A model generated the notes under the pieces. That model was not told the DNA's origin. It made no database searches and saw only the letters and a program-made list of their open reading frames with translations. 64,000 bases of DNA from Squalus acanthias (Eukaryota), in assembly GCA_030390025.1 (NCBI GenBank), contig CM059432.1, positions 114,516,001 to 114,580,000 of the forward strand, written 5' to 3'. The translations under genes and the position numbers were made by a program. How positions within the stretch are numbered: position 1 is the stretch's first letter; each line of letters opens with the position of its first letter. Of the stretch, positions 48,701 to 63,700 are shown one piece after another.

Positions 48701-51700
48701 GGTTACTATGTGCTAGTAATATTGTAAACATGGCGGGAGGGTTTTCTCTGGTTACTATTTTCAAGTAATATTGTAAACATGGCGGGAGGATTTCCTCTGG
48801 TTACTATTTTCTTGTCATATTGTAAACATGGCAGCAGGATTTCCTCTGGTTACTATGTGCTAGTAATATTGTAAATGTGGCGGGAGGATTTCCTCTGGTT
48901 ACTATTTTCTAGTAATATTGTAAACATGGCGGGAGGATTACCTCTGGTTACTATTTTCTAGTAATATTGTAAACATGGCGGGAGGATTTCCTCTGGATAC
49001 TATATGCGAGTAATATTGTAAACATGGCAGCAGGATTTCCTCTGGTTACTATGTGCTAGTAATATTGTAAATGTGGCGGGAGGATTTCCTCTGGTTACTA
49101 TTTTCTAGTAATATCATAAACATGGTGGGAGGATTTCCTCTGGTTACTATGTGCTAGTAATATTGTAAACATGGCGGGAGGATTTCCTCTGGTTACTATT
49201 TTCTAGTAATATCATAAACATGGTGGGAGGATTTCCTCTGGTTACTATTTTCTAGTAATATCATAAACATGGTGGGAGGATTTCCTCTGGTTACTATGTG
49301 CTAGTAATATTGTAAACATGGCGGGAGGATTTCCTCTGGTTACTATGTGCTAGTAATATTGTAAACATGGCGGGAGGGTTTCCTCTGGTTACTATGTGCT
49401 AGTGACATTGTAAACATGACGGCAGGATTTCCTCTGGTGACTATTTTCTACTAATATTGTAAACATGGCGGGAGGATTTCCTCTGGTTACTATTTTCTAG
49501 TAATATTGTAAACATGGCGGGAGGATTTCCTCTGGTTACTATTTTCTAGTAATATTGTAAACATGGCGGGAGGATTTCCTCTGGTTACTATTTTCTAGTA
49601 ATATCATAAACATGGTGGGAGGATTTCCTCTGGTTACTATGTGCTAGTAATATTGTAAACATGGCGGGAGGATTTCCTCTGGTTACTATTTTCTAGTAAT
49701 ATTGTAAACATGGCAGCAGGATTTCCTCTGGTTACTATTTTCTAGTAATATTGAAAACATGTCGGGAGGATTTCCTCTGGTTACTATGTGCTAGTAATAT
49801 TGTAAACATGGCGGGAGGGTTTCCTCTGGTTACTATGTGCTAGTGATATTGTAAACATGACGGGAGGATTTCCTCTGGTTACTATTTTCTACTAATATTG
49901 TAAACATGGCGGGAGGATTTCCTCTGGTTACTATTTTCTAGTAATATTGTAAACATGACGGCAGGATTTCCTCTGTTTACTATTTTCCAGTAATATTGTA
50001 AACATGGCAGCAGGATTTCCTCTGGTTACTATTTTCTAGTCATATTGTAAACATGACGGGAGGATTACCTCGGTTACTATGTGCTCGTAATATTGTAAAC
50101 ATGGCGGCAGGATTTCCTCTGGTTACTATTTTCTAGTAATATTGTAAACATGGCGGGAGGATTTCCTCTGGTTACGATTTTCTAGTAATATTGTAAACAT
50201 GGTGGGAGGATTTCCTCTGGTTACTATTTTCTAGTAATATTGTAAACATGGCAGCAGGATTTCTCTGGTTACTATTTTCTAGTAATATTGTAAACATTGT
50301 GGCAGGATTTCCTCTGGTTCCTATTTTCTAGTAATATTGTAAACATGACGGGAGGATTTCCTCTGGTTACTATTTTCTAGTAATATTGTAAACATGGTGG
50401 CAGGATTTCCTCTGGTTACTATTTTCTAGTAATATTGTAAACATGGTGGCAGGATTTCCTCTGGTTACTATTTTCTAGTAATATTGTAAACATGGTGGCA
50501 GGATTTCCTGTGGTTACTATTTTCTAGTAATATTGTAAACATGACGGGAGGATTTCCTCTGGTTACTATTTTCTAGTAATATTGTAAACATGGCGGGAGG
50601 GTTTCCTCTGGTTACTATTTTCTAGTAATATTGTAAACATGGTGGCAGGATTTCCTCTGGTTACTATTTTCTAGTAATATTGTAAACATGGTGGCAGGAT
50701 TTCCTCTGGTTACTATTTTCTAGTAATATTGTAAACATGACGGGAGGATTTCCTCTGGTTACTATGTGCGAGTAATATTGTAAACATGGCGGGAGGACTT
50801 CCTTTGGTTACTATTTTCTAGTAATATTGTAAACATGGCGGGAGGATTTCCTCTGGTTACTATGTGCGAGTAATATTGTAAACAAGGCGGGAGGATTTCC
50901 TCTGGATACTATGTGCGAGTAATATTGTAAACATGGCAGCAGGATTTCCTCTGGTTACTATGTGCTAGTAATATTGTAAATGTGGCGGGCGGATTTCCTC
51001 TGGTTACTATGTGCTAGTAATATTGTAATCATTGCGGGAGGGTTTCCTCTGGTACTATTTTCTAGTAATATTGTAAACATGGCGGGAGGATTTCCTCTGG
51101 TTACTATGTGCTAGTAATATTATAAATATGGCGGGAGGATTTCCTCTGGTTACTATTTTCTAGTAATATCATAAACATGGTGGGAGGATTTCCTCTGGTT
51201 ACTATGTGCTGGTAATATTGTAAACATGGCGGGAGGATTTCCTCTGGTTACTATTTTCTAGTAATATTGTAAACATGGCGGGAGGATTTCCTCTGGTTAC
51301 TATTTTCTAGTAATATTGTAAACATGGCGGGAGGATTTCCTCTGGTTACTATTTTCTAGTAATATCATAAACATGACGGGAGGATTTCCTCTGGTTACTA
51401 TTTTCTAGTAATATTGTAAACATGGCAGCAGGATTTCCTCTGGTTACTATTTTCTAGTAATATTGAAAACATGGCGGGAGGATTTCCTCTGGTTACTATG
51501 TGCTAGTAATATTGTAAACATGGCGGGAGGATTTCCTCTGGTTACTATGTGCTAGTAATATTGTAAACATGGCGGGAGGTTTTCTCTGGTTACTATTTTC
51601 TAGTAATATTGTAAACATGGCGGGAGGATTTCCTCTGGTTACTATTTTCTAGTAATATTGTAAACATGGCAGGCAGGATTTCCTCTGGTTACTATGTGCT

Positions 51701-54700
51701 AGTAATATTGTAACATGTGCGGGAGGATTTCCTCTGGTTACTATTTTCTAGTAATATTGTAAACATGGCAGCAGGATTTCCTCTGGTTACTATGTGCTAG
51801 TAATATTGTAAACATGACGGGAGGGTTTCCTCTGGTTACTATGTGCTAGTAATATTGTAAACATCGTGGGAGGATTTCCTCTGTTTACTATGTGCTAGTA
51901 ATATTGTAAACATGGCGGGAGGATTTCCTCTGGTTACTATTTTCTAGTAATATTGCAAACATGGCGGGAGGATTTCCTCTGGTTACTATGTGCTAGTAAT
52001 ATTGTTAACATGACGGGAGGGTTTCCTCTGGTTACTATGTGCTAGTAATATTGTAAACATCGTGGGAGGATTTCCCCTGTGCTAGTAATATTGTAAACAT
52101 GGCGGGAGGATTTCCTCTGGTTACTATTTTCTAGTAATATTGTAAACATGGCGGGATGATTTCCTCTGGTTACTATTTTCTAGTAATATTGTAAACATGG
52201 CGGGAGGATTTCCTCTGGTTACTATTTTCTAGTAATATTGTAAACATGGCGGCAGGATTTCCTCTGGTTACTATTTTCTAGTAATATTGTAAACATGGCG
52301 GGAGGGTTTCCTCTGGTTACTATTTTCTAGTAATATTGTAAACATGGTGGCAGGATTTCCTCTGGTTACTATTTTCTAGTAATATTGTAAACATGGTGGC
52401 AGGATTTCCTCTGGTTACTATTTTCTAGTAATATTGTAAACATGACGGGAGGATTTCCTCTGGTTACTATGTGCGAGTAATATTGTAAACATGGCGGGAG
52501 GACTTCCTTTGGTTACTATTTTCTAGTAATATTGTAAACATGGCGGGAGGATTTCCTCTGGTTACTATGTGCGAGTAATATTGTAAACAAGGCGGGAGGA
52601 TTTCCTCTGGATACTATGTGCGAGTAATATTGTAAACATGGCAGCAGGATTTCCTCTGGTTACTATGTGCTAGTAATATTGTAAATGTGGCGGGCGGATT
52701 TCCTCTGGTTACTATGTGCTAGTAATATTGTAATCATTGCGGGAGGGTTTCCTCTGGTACTATTTTCTAGTAATATTGTAAACATGGCGGGAGGATTTCC
52801 TCTGGTTACTATGTGCTAGTAATATTATAAATATGGCGGGAGGATTTCCTCTGGTTACTATTTTCTAGTAATATCATAAACATGGTGGGAGGATTTCCTC
52901 TGGTTACTATGTGCTGGTAATATTGTAAACATGGCGGGAGGATTTCCTCTGGTTACTATTTTCTAGTAATATTGTAAACATGGCGGGAGGATTTCCTCTG
53001 GTTACTATTTTCTAGTAATATTGTAAACATGGCGGGAGGATTTCCTCTGGTTACTATTTTCTAGTAATATCATAAACATGACGGGAGGATTTCCTCTGGT
53101 TACTATTTTCTAGTAATATGGTAAACATGGCAGCAGGATTTCCTCTGGTTACTATTTTCTAGTAATATTGAAAACATGGCGGGAGGATTTCCTCTGGTTA
53201 CTATGTGCTAGTAATATTGTAAACATGGCGGGAGGATTTCCTCTGGTTACTATGTGCTAGTAATATTGTAAACATGGCGGGAGGGTTTTCTCTGGGTACT
53301 ATATGCGAGTAATATTGTAAACATGGCAGCAGGATTTCCTCTGGTTACTATGTGCTAGTAATATTGTAAATGTGGCGGGAGGATTTCCTCTGGTTACTAT
53401 TTTCTAGTAATATCATAAACATGGTGGGAGGATTTCCTCTGGTTACTATGTGCTAGTAATATTGTAAACATGGCGGGAGGATTTCCTCTGGTTACTATTT
53501 TCTAGTAATATCATAAACATGGTGGGAGGATTTCCTCTGGTTACTATTTTCTAGTAATATCATAAACATGGTGGGAGGATTTCCTCTGGTTACTATGTGC
53601 TAGTAATAGTGTAAACATGGCGGGAGGATTTCCTCTGGTTACTATGTGCTAGTAATATTGTAAACATGGCGGGAGGGTTTCCTCTGGTTACTATGTGCTA
53701 GTGACATTGTAAACATGACGGCAGGATTTCCTCTGGTGACTATTTTCTACTAATATTGTAAACATGGCGGGAGGATTTCCTCTGGTTACTATTTTCTAGT
53801 AATATTGTAAACATGGCGGGAGGATTTCCTCTGGTTACTATTTTCTAGTAATATTGTAAACATGGCGGGAGGATTTCCTCTGGTTACTATTTTCTAGTAA
53901 TATCATAAACATGGTGGGAGGATTTCCTCTGGTTACTATGTGCTAGTAATATTGTAAACATGGCGGGAGTATTTCCTCTGGTTACTATTTTCTAGTAATA
54001 TTGTAAACATGGCAGCAGGATTTCCTCTGGTTACTATTTTCTAGTAATATTGAAAACATGTCGGGAGGATTTCCTCTGGTTACTATGTGCTAGTAATATT
54101 GTAAACATGGCGGGAGGGTTTCCTCTGGTTACTATGTGCTAGTGATATTGTAAACATGACGGGAGGATTTCCTCTGGTTACTATTTTCTACTAATATTGT
54201 AAACATGGCGGGAGGATTTCCTCTGGTTGCTATTTTCTAGTAATATTGTAAACATGACGGCAGGATTTCCTCTGTTTACTATTTTCCAGTAATATTGTAA
54301 ACATGGCAGCAGGATTTCCTCTGGTTACTATTTTCTAGTCATATTGTAAACATGACGGGAGGATTACCTCCGGTTACTATGTGCTCGTAATATTGTAAAC
54401 ATGGCGGCAGGATTTCCTCTGGTTACTATTTTCTAGTAATATTGTAAACATGGCGGGAGGATTTCCTCTGGTTACGATTTTCTAGTAATATTGTAAACAT
54501 GGTGGGAGGATTTCCTCTGGTTACTATTTTCTAGTAATATTGTAAACATGGCAGCAGGATTTTCTCTGGTTACTATTTTCTAGTAATATTGTAAACATTG
54601 TGGCAGGATTTCCTCTGGTTCCTATTTTCTAGTAATATTGTAAACATGACGGGAGGATTTCCTCTGGTTACTATTTTCTAGTAATATTGTAAACATGGTG

Positions 54701-57700
54701 GCAGGATTTCCTCTGGTTACTATTTTCTAGTAATATTGTAAACATGGTGGCAGGATTTCCTCTGGTTACTATTTTCTAGTAATATTGTAAACATGGTGGC
54801 AGGATTTCCTGTGGTTACTATTTTCTAGTAATATTGTAAACATGACGGGAGGATTTCCTCTGGTTACTATTTTCTAGTAATATTGTAAACATGGCGGGAG
54901 GGTTTCCTCTGGTTACTATTTTCTAGTAATATTGTAAACATGGTGGCAGGATTTCCTCTGGTTACTATTTTCTAGTAATATTGTAAACATGGTGGCAGGA
55001 TTTCCTCTGGTTACTATTTTCTAGTAATATTGTAAACATGACGGGAGGATTTCCTCTGGTTACTATGTGCGAGTAATATTGTAAACATGGCGGGAGGACT
55101 TCCTTTGGTTACTATTTTCTAGTAATATTGTAAACATGGCGGGAGGATTTCCTCTGGTTACTATGTGCGAGTAATATTGTAAACAAGGCGGGAGGATTTC
55201 CTCTGGATACTATGTGCGAGTAATATTGTAAACATGGCAGCAGGATTTCCTCTGGTTACTATGTGCTAGTAATATTGTAAATGTGGCGGGCGGATTTCCT
55301 CTGGTTACTATGTGCTAGTAATATTGTAATCATTGCGGGAGGGTTTCCTCTGGTACTATTTTCTAGTAATATTGTAAACATGGCGGGAGGATTTCCTCTG
55401 GTTACTATGTGCTAGTAATATTATAAATATGGCGGGAGGATTTCCTCTGGTTACTATTTTCTAGTAATATCATAAACATGGTGGGAGGATTTCCTCTGGT
55501 TACTATGTGCTGGTAATATTGTAAACATGGCGGGAGGATTTCCTCTGGTTACTATTTTCTAGTAATATTGTAAACATGGCGGGAGGATTTCCTCTGGTTA
55601 CTATTTTCTAGTAATATTGTAAACATGGCGGGAGGATTTCCTCTGGTTACTATTTTCTAGTAATATCATAAACATGACGGGAGGATTTCCTCTGGTTACT
55701 ATTTTCTAGTAATATGGTAAACATGGCAGCAGGATTTCCTCTGGTTACTATTTTCTAGTAATATTGAAAACATGGCGGGAGGATTTCCTCTGGTTACTAT
55801 GTGCTAGTAATATTGTAAACATGGCGGGAGGATTTCCTCTGGTTACTATGTGCTAGTAATATTGTAAACATGGCGGGAGGGTTTTCTCTGGGTACTATTT
55901 TCAAGTAATATTGTAAACATGGCGGGAGGATTTCCTCTGGTTACTATTTTCTAGTCATATTGTAAACATGGCAGCAGGATTTCCTCTGGTTACTATGTGC
56001 TAGTAATATTGTAAATGTGGCGGGAGGATTTCCTCTGGTTACTATTTTCTAGTAATATTGTAAACATGGCAGCAGGATTTCCTCTGGTTACTATGTGCTA
56101 GTAATATTGTAAACATGACGGGAGGGTTTCCTCTGGTTACTATGTGCTAGTAATATTGTAAACATCGTGGGAGGATTTCCTCTGTTTACTATGTGCTAGT
56201 AATATTGTAAACATGGCGGGAGGATTTCCTCTGGTTACTATTTTCTAGTAATATTGCAAACATGGCGGGAGGATTTCCTCTGGTTACTATGTGCTAGTAA
56301 TATTGTTAACATGACGGGAGGGTTTCCTCTGGTTACTATGTGCTAGTAATATTGTAAACATCGTGGGAGGATTTCCCCTGTGCTAGTAATATTGTAAACA
56401 TGGCGGGAGGATTTCCTCTGGTTACTATTTTCTAGTAATATTGTAAACATGGCGGGATGATTTCCTCTGGTTACTATTTTCTAGTAATATTGTAAACATG
56501 GCGGGAGGATTTCCTCTGGTTACTATTTTCTAGTAATATTGTAAACATGGCGGCAGGATTTCCTCTGGTTACTATTTTCTAGTAATATTGTAAACATGGC
56601 GGGAGGGTTTCCTCTGGTTACTATTTTCTAGTAATATTGTAAACATGGTGGCAGGATTTCCTCTGGTTACTATTTTCTAGTAATATTGTAAACATGGTGG
56701 CAGGATTTCCTCTGGTTACTATTTTCTAGTAATATTGTAAACATGACGGGAGGATTTCCTCTGGTTACTATGTGCGAGTAATATTGTAAACATGGCGGGA
56801 GGACTTCCTTTGGTTACTATTTTCTAGTAATATTGTAAACATGGCGGGAGGATTTCCTCTGGTTACTATGTGCGAGTAATATTGTAAACAAGGCGGGAGG
56901 ATTTCCTCTGGATACTATGTGCGAGTAATATTGTAAACATGGCAGCAGGATTTCCTCTGGTTACTATGTGCTAGTAATATTGTAAATGTGGCGGGCGGAT
57001 TTCCTCTGGTTACTATGTGCTAGTAATATTGTAATCATTGCGGGAGGGTTTCCTCTGGTACTATTTTCTAGTAATATTGTAAACATGGCGGGAGGATTTC
57101 CTCTGGTTACTATGTGCTAGTAATATTATAAATATGGCGGGAGGATTTCCTCTGGTTACTATTTTCTAGTAATATCATAAACATGGTGGGAGGATTTCCT
57201 CTGGTTACTATGTGCTGGTAATATTGTAAACATGGCGGGAGGATTTCCTCTGGTTACTATTTTCTAGTAATATTGTAAACATGGCGGGAGGATTTCCTCT
57301 GGTTACTATTTTCTAGTAATATTGTAAACATGGCGGGAGGATTTCCTCTGGTTACTATTTTCTAGTAATATCATAAACATGACGGGAGGATTTCCTCTGG
57401 TTACTATTTTCTAGTAATATGGTAAACATGGCAGCAGGATTTCCTCTGGTTACTATTTTCTAGTAATATTGAAAACATGGCGGGAGGATTTCCTCTGGTT
57501 ACTATGTGCTAGTAATATTGTAAACATGGCGGGAGGATTTCCTCTGGTTACTATGTGCTAGTAATATTGTAAACATGGCGGGAGGGTTTTCTCTGGGTAC
57601 TATATGCGAGTAATATTGTAAACATGGCAGCAGGATTTCCTCTGGTTACTATGTGCTAGTAATATTGTAAATGTGGCGGGAGGATTTCCTCTGGTTACTA

Positions 57701-60700
57701 TTTTCTAGTAATATCATAAACATGGTGGGAGGATTTCCTCTGGTTACTATGTGCTAGTAATATTGTAAACATGGCGGGAGGATTTCCTCTGGTTACTATT
57801 TTCTAGTAATATCATAAACATGGTGGGAGGATTTCCTCTGGTTACTATTTTCTAGTAATATCATAAACATGGTGGGAGGATTTCCTCTGGTTACTATGTG
57901 CTAGTAATAGTGTAAACATGGCGGGAGGATTTCCTCTGGTTACTATGTGCTAGTAATATTGTAAACATGGCGGGAGGGTTTCCTCTGGTTACTATGTGCT
58001 AGTGACATTGTAAACATGACGGCAGGATTTCCTCTGGTGACTATTTTCTACTAATATTGTAAACATGGCGGGAGGATTTCCTCTGGTTACTATTTTCTAG
58101 TAATATTGTAAACATGGCGGGAGGATTTCCTCTGGTTACTATTTTCTAGTAATATTGTAAACATGGCGGGAGGATTTCCTCTGGTTACTATTTTCTAGTA
58201 ATATCATAAACATGGTGGGAGGATTTCCTCTGGTTACTATGTGCTAGTAATATTGTAAACATGGCGGGAGTATTTCCTCTGGTTACTATTTTCTAGTAAT
58301 ATTGTAAACATGGCAGCAGGATTTCCTCTGGTTACTATTTTCTAGTAATATTGAAAACATGTCGGGAGGATTTCCTCTGGTTACTATGTGCTAGTAATAT
58401 TGTAAACATGGCGGGAGGGTTTCCTCTGGTTACTATGTGCTAGTGATATTGTAAACATGACGGGAGGATTTCCTCTGGTTACTATTTTCTACTAATATTG
58501 TAAACATGGCGGGAGGATTTCCTCTGGTTGCTATTTTCTAGTAATATTGTAAACATGACGGCAGGATTTCCTCTGTTTACTATTTTCCAGTAATATTGTA
58601 AACATGGCAGCAGGATTTCCTCTGGTTACTATTTTCTAGTCATATTGTAAACATGACGGGAGGATTACCTCCGGTTACTATGTGCTCGTAATATTGTAAA
58701 CATGGCGGCAGGATTTCCTCTGGTTACTATTTTCTAGTAATATTGTAAACATGGCGGGAGGATTTCCTCTGGTTACGATTTTCTAGTAATATTGTAAACA
58801 TGGTGGGAGGATTTCCTCTGGTTACTATTTTCTAGTAATATTGTAAACATGGCAGCAGGATTTTCTCTGGTTACTATTTTCTAGTAATATTGTAAACATT
58901 GTGGCAGGATTTCCTCTGGTTCCTATTTTCTAGTAATATTGTAAACATGACGGGAGGATTTCCTCTGGTTACTATTTTCTAGTAATATTGTAAACATGGT
59001 GGCAGGATTTCCTCTGGTTACTATTTTCTAGTAATATTGTAAACATGGTGGCAGGATTTCCTCTGGTTACTATTTTCTAGTAATATTGTAAACATGGTGG
59101 CAGGATTTCCTGTGGTTACTATTTTCTAGTAATATTGTAAACATGACGGGAGGATTTCCTCTGGTTACTATTTTCTAGTAATATTGTAAACATGGCGGGA
59201 GGGTTTCCTCTGGTTACTATTTTCTAGTAATATTGTAAACATGGTGGCAGGATTTCCTCTGGTTACTATTTTCTAGTAATATTGTAAACATGGTGGCAGG
59301 ATTTCCTCTGGTTACTATTTTCTAGTAATATTGTAAACATGACGGGAGGATTTCCTCTGGTTACTATGTGCGAGTAATATTGTAAACATGGCGGGAGGAC
59401 TTCCTTTGGTTACTATTTTCTAGTAATATTGTAAACATGGCGGGAGGATTTCCTCTGGTTACTATGTGCGAGTAATATTGTAAACAAGGCGGGAGGATTT
59501 CCTCTGGATACTATGTGCGAGTAATATTGTAAACATGGCAGCAGGATTTCCTCTGGTTACTATGTGCTAGTAATATTGTAAATGTGGCGGGCGGATTTCC
59601 TCTGGTTACTATGTGCTAGTAATATTGTAATCATTGCGGGAGGGTTTCCTCTGGTACTATTTTCTAGTAATATTGTAAACATGGCGGGAGGATTTCCTCT
59701 GGTTACTATGTGCTAGTAATATTATAAATATGGCGGGAGGATTTCCTCTGGTTACTATTTTCTAGTAATATCATAAACATGGTGGGAGGATTTCCTCTGG
59801 TTACTATGTGCTGGTAATATTGTAAACATGGCGGGAGGATTTCCTCTGGTTACTATTTTCTAGTAATATTGTAAACATGGCGGGAGGATTTCCTCTGGTT
59901 ACTATTTTCTAGTAATATTGTAAACATGGCGGGAGGATTTCCTCTGGTTACTATTTTCTAGTAATATCATAAACATGACGGGAGGATTTCCTCTGGTTAC
60001 TATTTTCTAGTAATATGGTAAACATGGCAGCAGGATTTCCTCTGGTTACTATTTTCTAGTAATATTGAAAACATGGCGGGAGGATTTCCTCTGGTTACTA
60101 TGTGCTAGTAATATTGTAAACATGGCGGGAGGATTTCCTCTGGTTACTATGTGCTAGTAATATTGTAAACATGGCGGGAGGGTTTTCTCTGGGTACTATT
60201 TTCAAGTAATATTGTAAACATGGCGGGAGGATTTCCTCTGGTTACTATTTTCTAGTCATATTGTAAACATGGCAGCAGGATTTCCTCTGGTTACTATGTG
60301 CTAGTAATATTGTAAATGTGGCGGGAGGATTTCCTCTGGTTACTATTTTCTAGTAATATTGTAAACATGGCAGCAGGATTTCCTCTGGTTACTATGTGCT
60401 AGTAATATTGTAAACATGACGGGAGGGTTTCCTCTGGTTACTATGTGCTAGTAATATTGTAAACATCGTGGGAGGATTTCCTCTGTTTACTATGTGCTAG
60501 TAATATTGTAAACATGGCGGGAGGATTTCCTCTGGTTACTATTTTCTAGTAATATTGCAAACATGGCGGGAGGATTTCCTCTGGTTACTATGTGCTAGTA
60601 ATATTGTTAACATGACGGGAGGGTTTCCTCTGGTTACTATGTGCTAGTAATATTGTAAACATCGTGGGAGGATTTCCCCTGTGCTAGTAATATTGTAAAC

Positions 60701-63700
60701 ATGGCGGGAGGATTTCCTCTGGTTACTATTTTCTAGTAATATTGTAAACATGGCGGGATGATTTCCTCTGGTTACTATTTTCTAGTAATATTGTAAACAT
60801 GGCGGGAGGATTTCCTCTGGTTACTATTTTCTAGTAATATTGTAAACATGGCGGCAGGATTTCCTCTGGTTACTATTTTCTAGTAATATTGTAAACATGG
60901 CGGGAGGGTTTCCTCTGGTTACTATTTTCTAGTAATATTGTAAACATGGTGGCAGGATTTCCTCTGGTTACTATTTTCTAGTAATATTGTAAACATGGTG
61001 GCAGGATTTCCTCTGGTTACTATTTTCTAGTAATATTGTAAACATGACGGGAGGATTTCCTCTGGTTACTATGTGCGAGTAATATTGTAAACATGGCGGG
61101 AGGACTTCCTTTGGTTACTATTTTCTAGTAATATTGTAAACATGGCGGGAGGATTTCCTCTGGTTACTATGTGCGAGTAATATTGTAAACAAGGCGGGAG
61201 GATTTCCTCTGGATACTATGTGCGAGTAATATTGTAAACATGGCAGCAGGATTTCCTCTGGTTACTATGTGCTAGTAATATTGTAAATGTGGCGGGCGGA
61301 TTTCCTCTGGTTACTATGTGCTAGTAATATTGTAATCATTGCGGGAGGGTTTCCTCTGGTACTATTTTCTAGTAATATTGTAAACATGGCGGGAGGATTT
61401 CCTCTGGTTACTATGTGCTAGTAATATTATAAATATGGCGGGAGGATTTCCTCTGGTTACTATTTTCTAGTAATATCATAAACATGGTGGGAGGATTTCC
61501 TCTGGTTACTATGTGCTGGTAATATTGTAAACATGGCGGGAGGATTTCCTCTGGTTACTATTTTCTAGTAATATTGTAAACATGGCGGGAGGATTTCCTC
61601 TGGTTACTATTTTCTAGTAATATTGTAAACATGGCGGGAGGATTTCCTCTGGTTACTATTTTCTAGTAATATCATAAACATGACGGGAGGATTTCCTCTG
61701 GTTACTATTTTCTAGTAATATGGTAAACATGGCAGCAGGATTTCCTCTGGTTACTATTTTCTAGTAATATTGAAAACATGGCGGGAGGATTTCCTCTGGT
61801 TACTATGTGCTAGTAATATTGTAAACATGGCGGGAGGATTTCCTCTGGTTACTATGTGCTAGTAATATTGTAAACATGGCGGGAGGGTTTTCTCTGGGTA
61901 CTATTTTCAAGTAATATTGTAAACATGGCGGGAGGATTTCCTCTGGTTACTATTTTCTAGTCATATTGTAAACATGGCAGCAGGATTTCCTCTGGTTACT
62001 ATGTGCTAGTAATATTGTAAATGTGGCGGGAGGATTTCCTCTGGTTACTATTTTCTAGTAATATTGTAAACATGGCAGCAGGATTTCCTCTGGTTACTAT
62101 GTGCTAGTAATATTGTAAACATGACGGGAGGGTTTCCTCTGGTTACTATGTGCTAGTAATATTGTAAACATCGTGGGAGGATTTCCTCTGTTTACTATGT
62201 GCTAGTAATATTGTAAACATGGCGGGAGGATTTCCTCTGGTTACTATTTTCTAGTAATATTGCAAACATGGCGGGAGGATTTCCTCTGGTTACTATGTGC
62301 TAGTAATATTGTTAACATGACGGGAGGGTTTCCTCTGGTTACTATGTGCTAGTAATATTGTAAACATCGTGGGAGGATTTCCTCTGTGCTAGTAATATTG
62401 TAAACATGGCGGGAGGATTTCCTCTGGTTACTATTTTCTAGTAATATTGTAAACATGGCGGGATGATTTCCTCTGGTTACTATTTTCTAGTAATATTGTA
62501 AACATGGCGGGAGGATTTCCTCTGGTTACTATTTTCTAGTAATATTGTAAACATGGCGGCAGGATTTCCTCTGTTTACTATTTTACAGTAATATTGTAAA
62601 CATGGCAGCAGGATTTCCTCTGGTTACTATTTTCTAGTAATATTGTAAACATGACGGGAGGATTACCTCCGGTTACTATGTGCTCGTAATATTGTAAACA
62701 TGGCGGCAGGATTTCCTCTGGTTACTATTTTCTAGTAATATTGCAAACATGGCGGGAGGGTTTCCTCTGGTTACTCTTTTCTAGTAATATTGTAATCATG
62801 GTGGCAGGATTTCCTCTGGTTACTATTTTCTAGTAATATTGTAAACATGGTGGCAGGACTTCCTCTGGTTACTATTTTCTAGTAATATTGTAAACATGGC
62901 AGCAGGATTTCCTCTGGTTACTATTTTCTAGTAATATTGCAAACATGGCGGGAGGGTTTCCTCTGGTTACTATTTTCTAGTAATATTGTAAACATGGTGG
63001 CAGGATTTCCTCTGGTTACTATTTTCTAGTAATATTGTAAACATGGCGGGAGGATTTCCTCTGGATACTATGTGCGAGTAATATTGTAAACATGGCAGCA
63101 GGATTTCCTCTGGTTACTATGTGCTAGTAATATTGTAAATGTGGCGGGCGGATTTCCTCTGGTTACTATGTGCTAGTAATATTGTAATCATTGCGGGAGG
63201 GTTTCCTCTGGTACTATTTTCTAGTAATATTGTAAACATGGCGGGAGGATTTCCTCTGGTTACTATTTTCTAGTAATATTGTAAACATGGCGGGAGGATT
63301 TCCTCTGGTTACTATTTTCTAGTAATATCATAAACATGGTGGGAGGATTTCCTCTGGTTACTATGTGCTAGTAATATTGTAAACATGGCGGGAGGATTTC
63401 CTCTGGTTACTATTTTCTAGTAATATTGTAAACATGGCGGGAGGATTTCCTCTGGTTACTATTTTCTAGTAATATTGTAAACATGGCGGGAGGATTTCCT
63501 CTGGTTACTATTTTCTAGTAATATCATAAACATGACGGGAGGATTTCCTCTGGTTACTATTTTCTAGTAATATGGTAAACATGGCAGCAGGATTTCCTCT
63601 GGTTACTATTTTCTAGTAATATTGAAAACATGGCGGGAGGATTTCCTCTGGTTACTATGTGCTAGTAATATTGTAAACATGGCGGGAGGATTTCCTCTGG

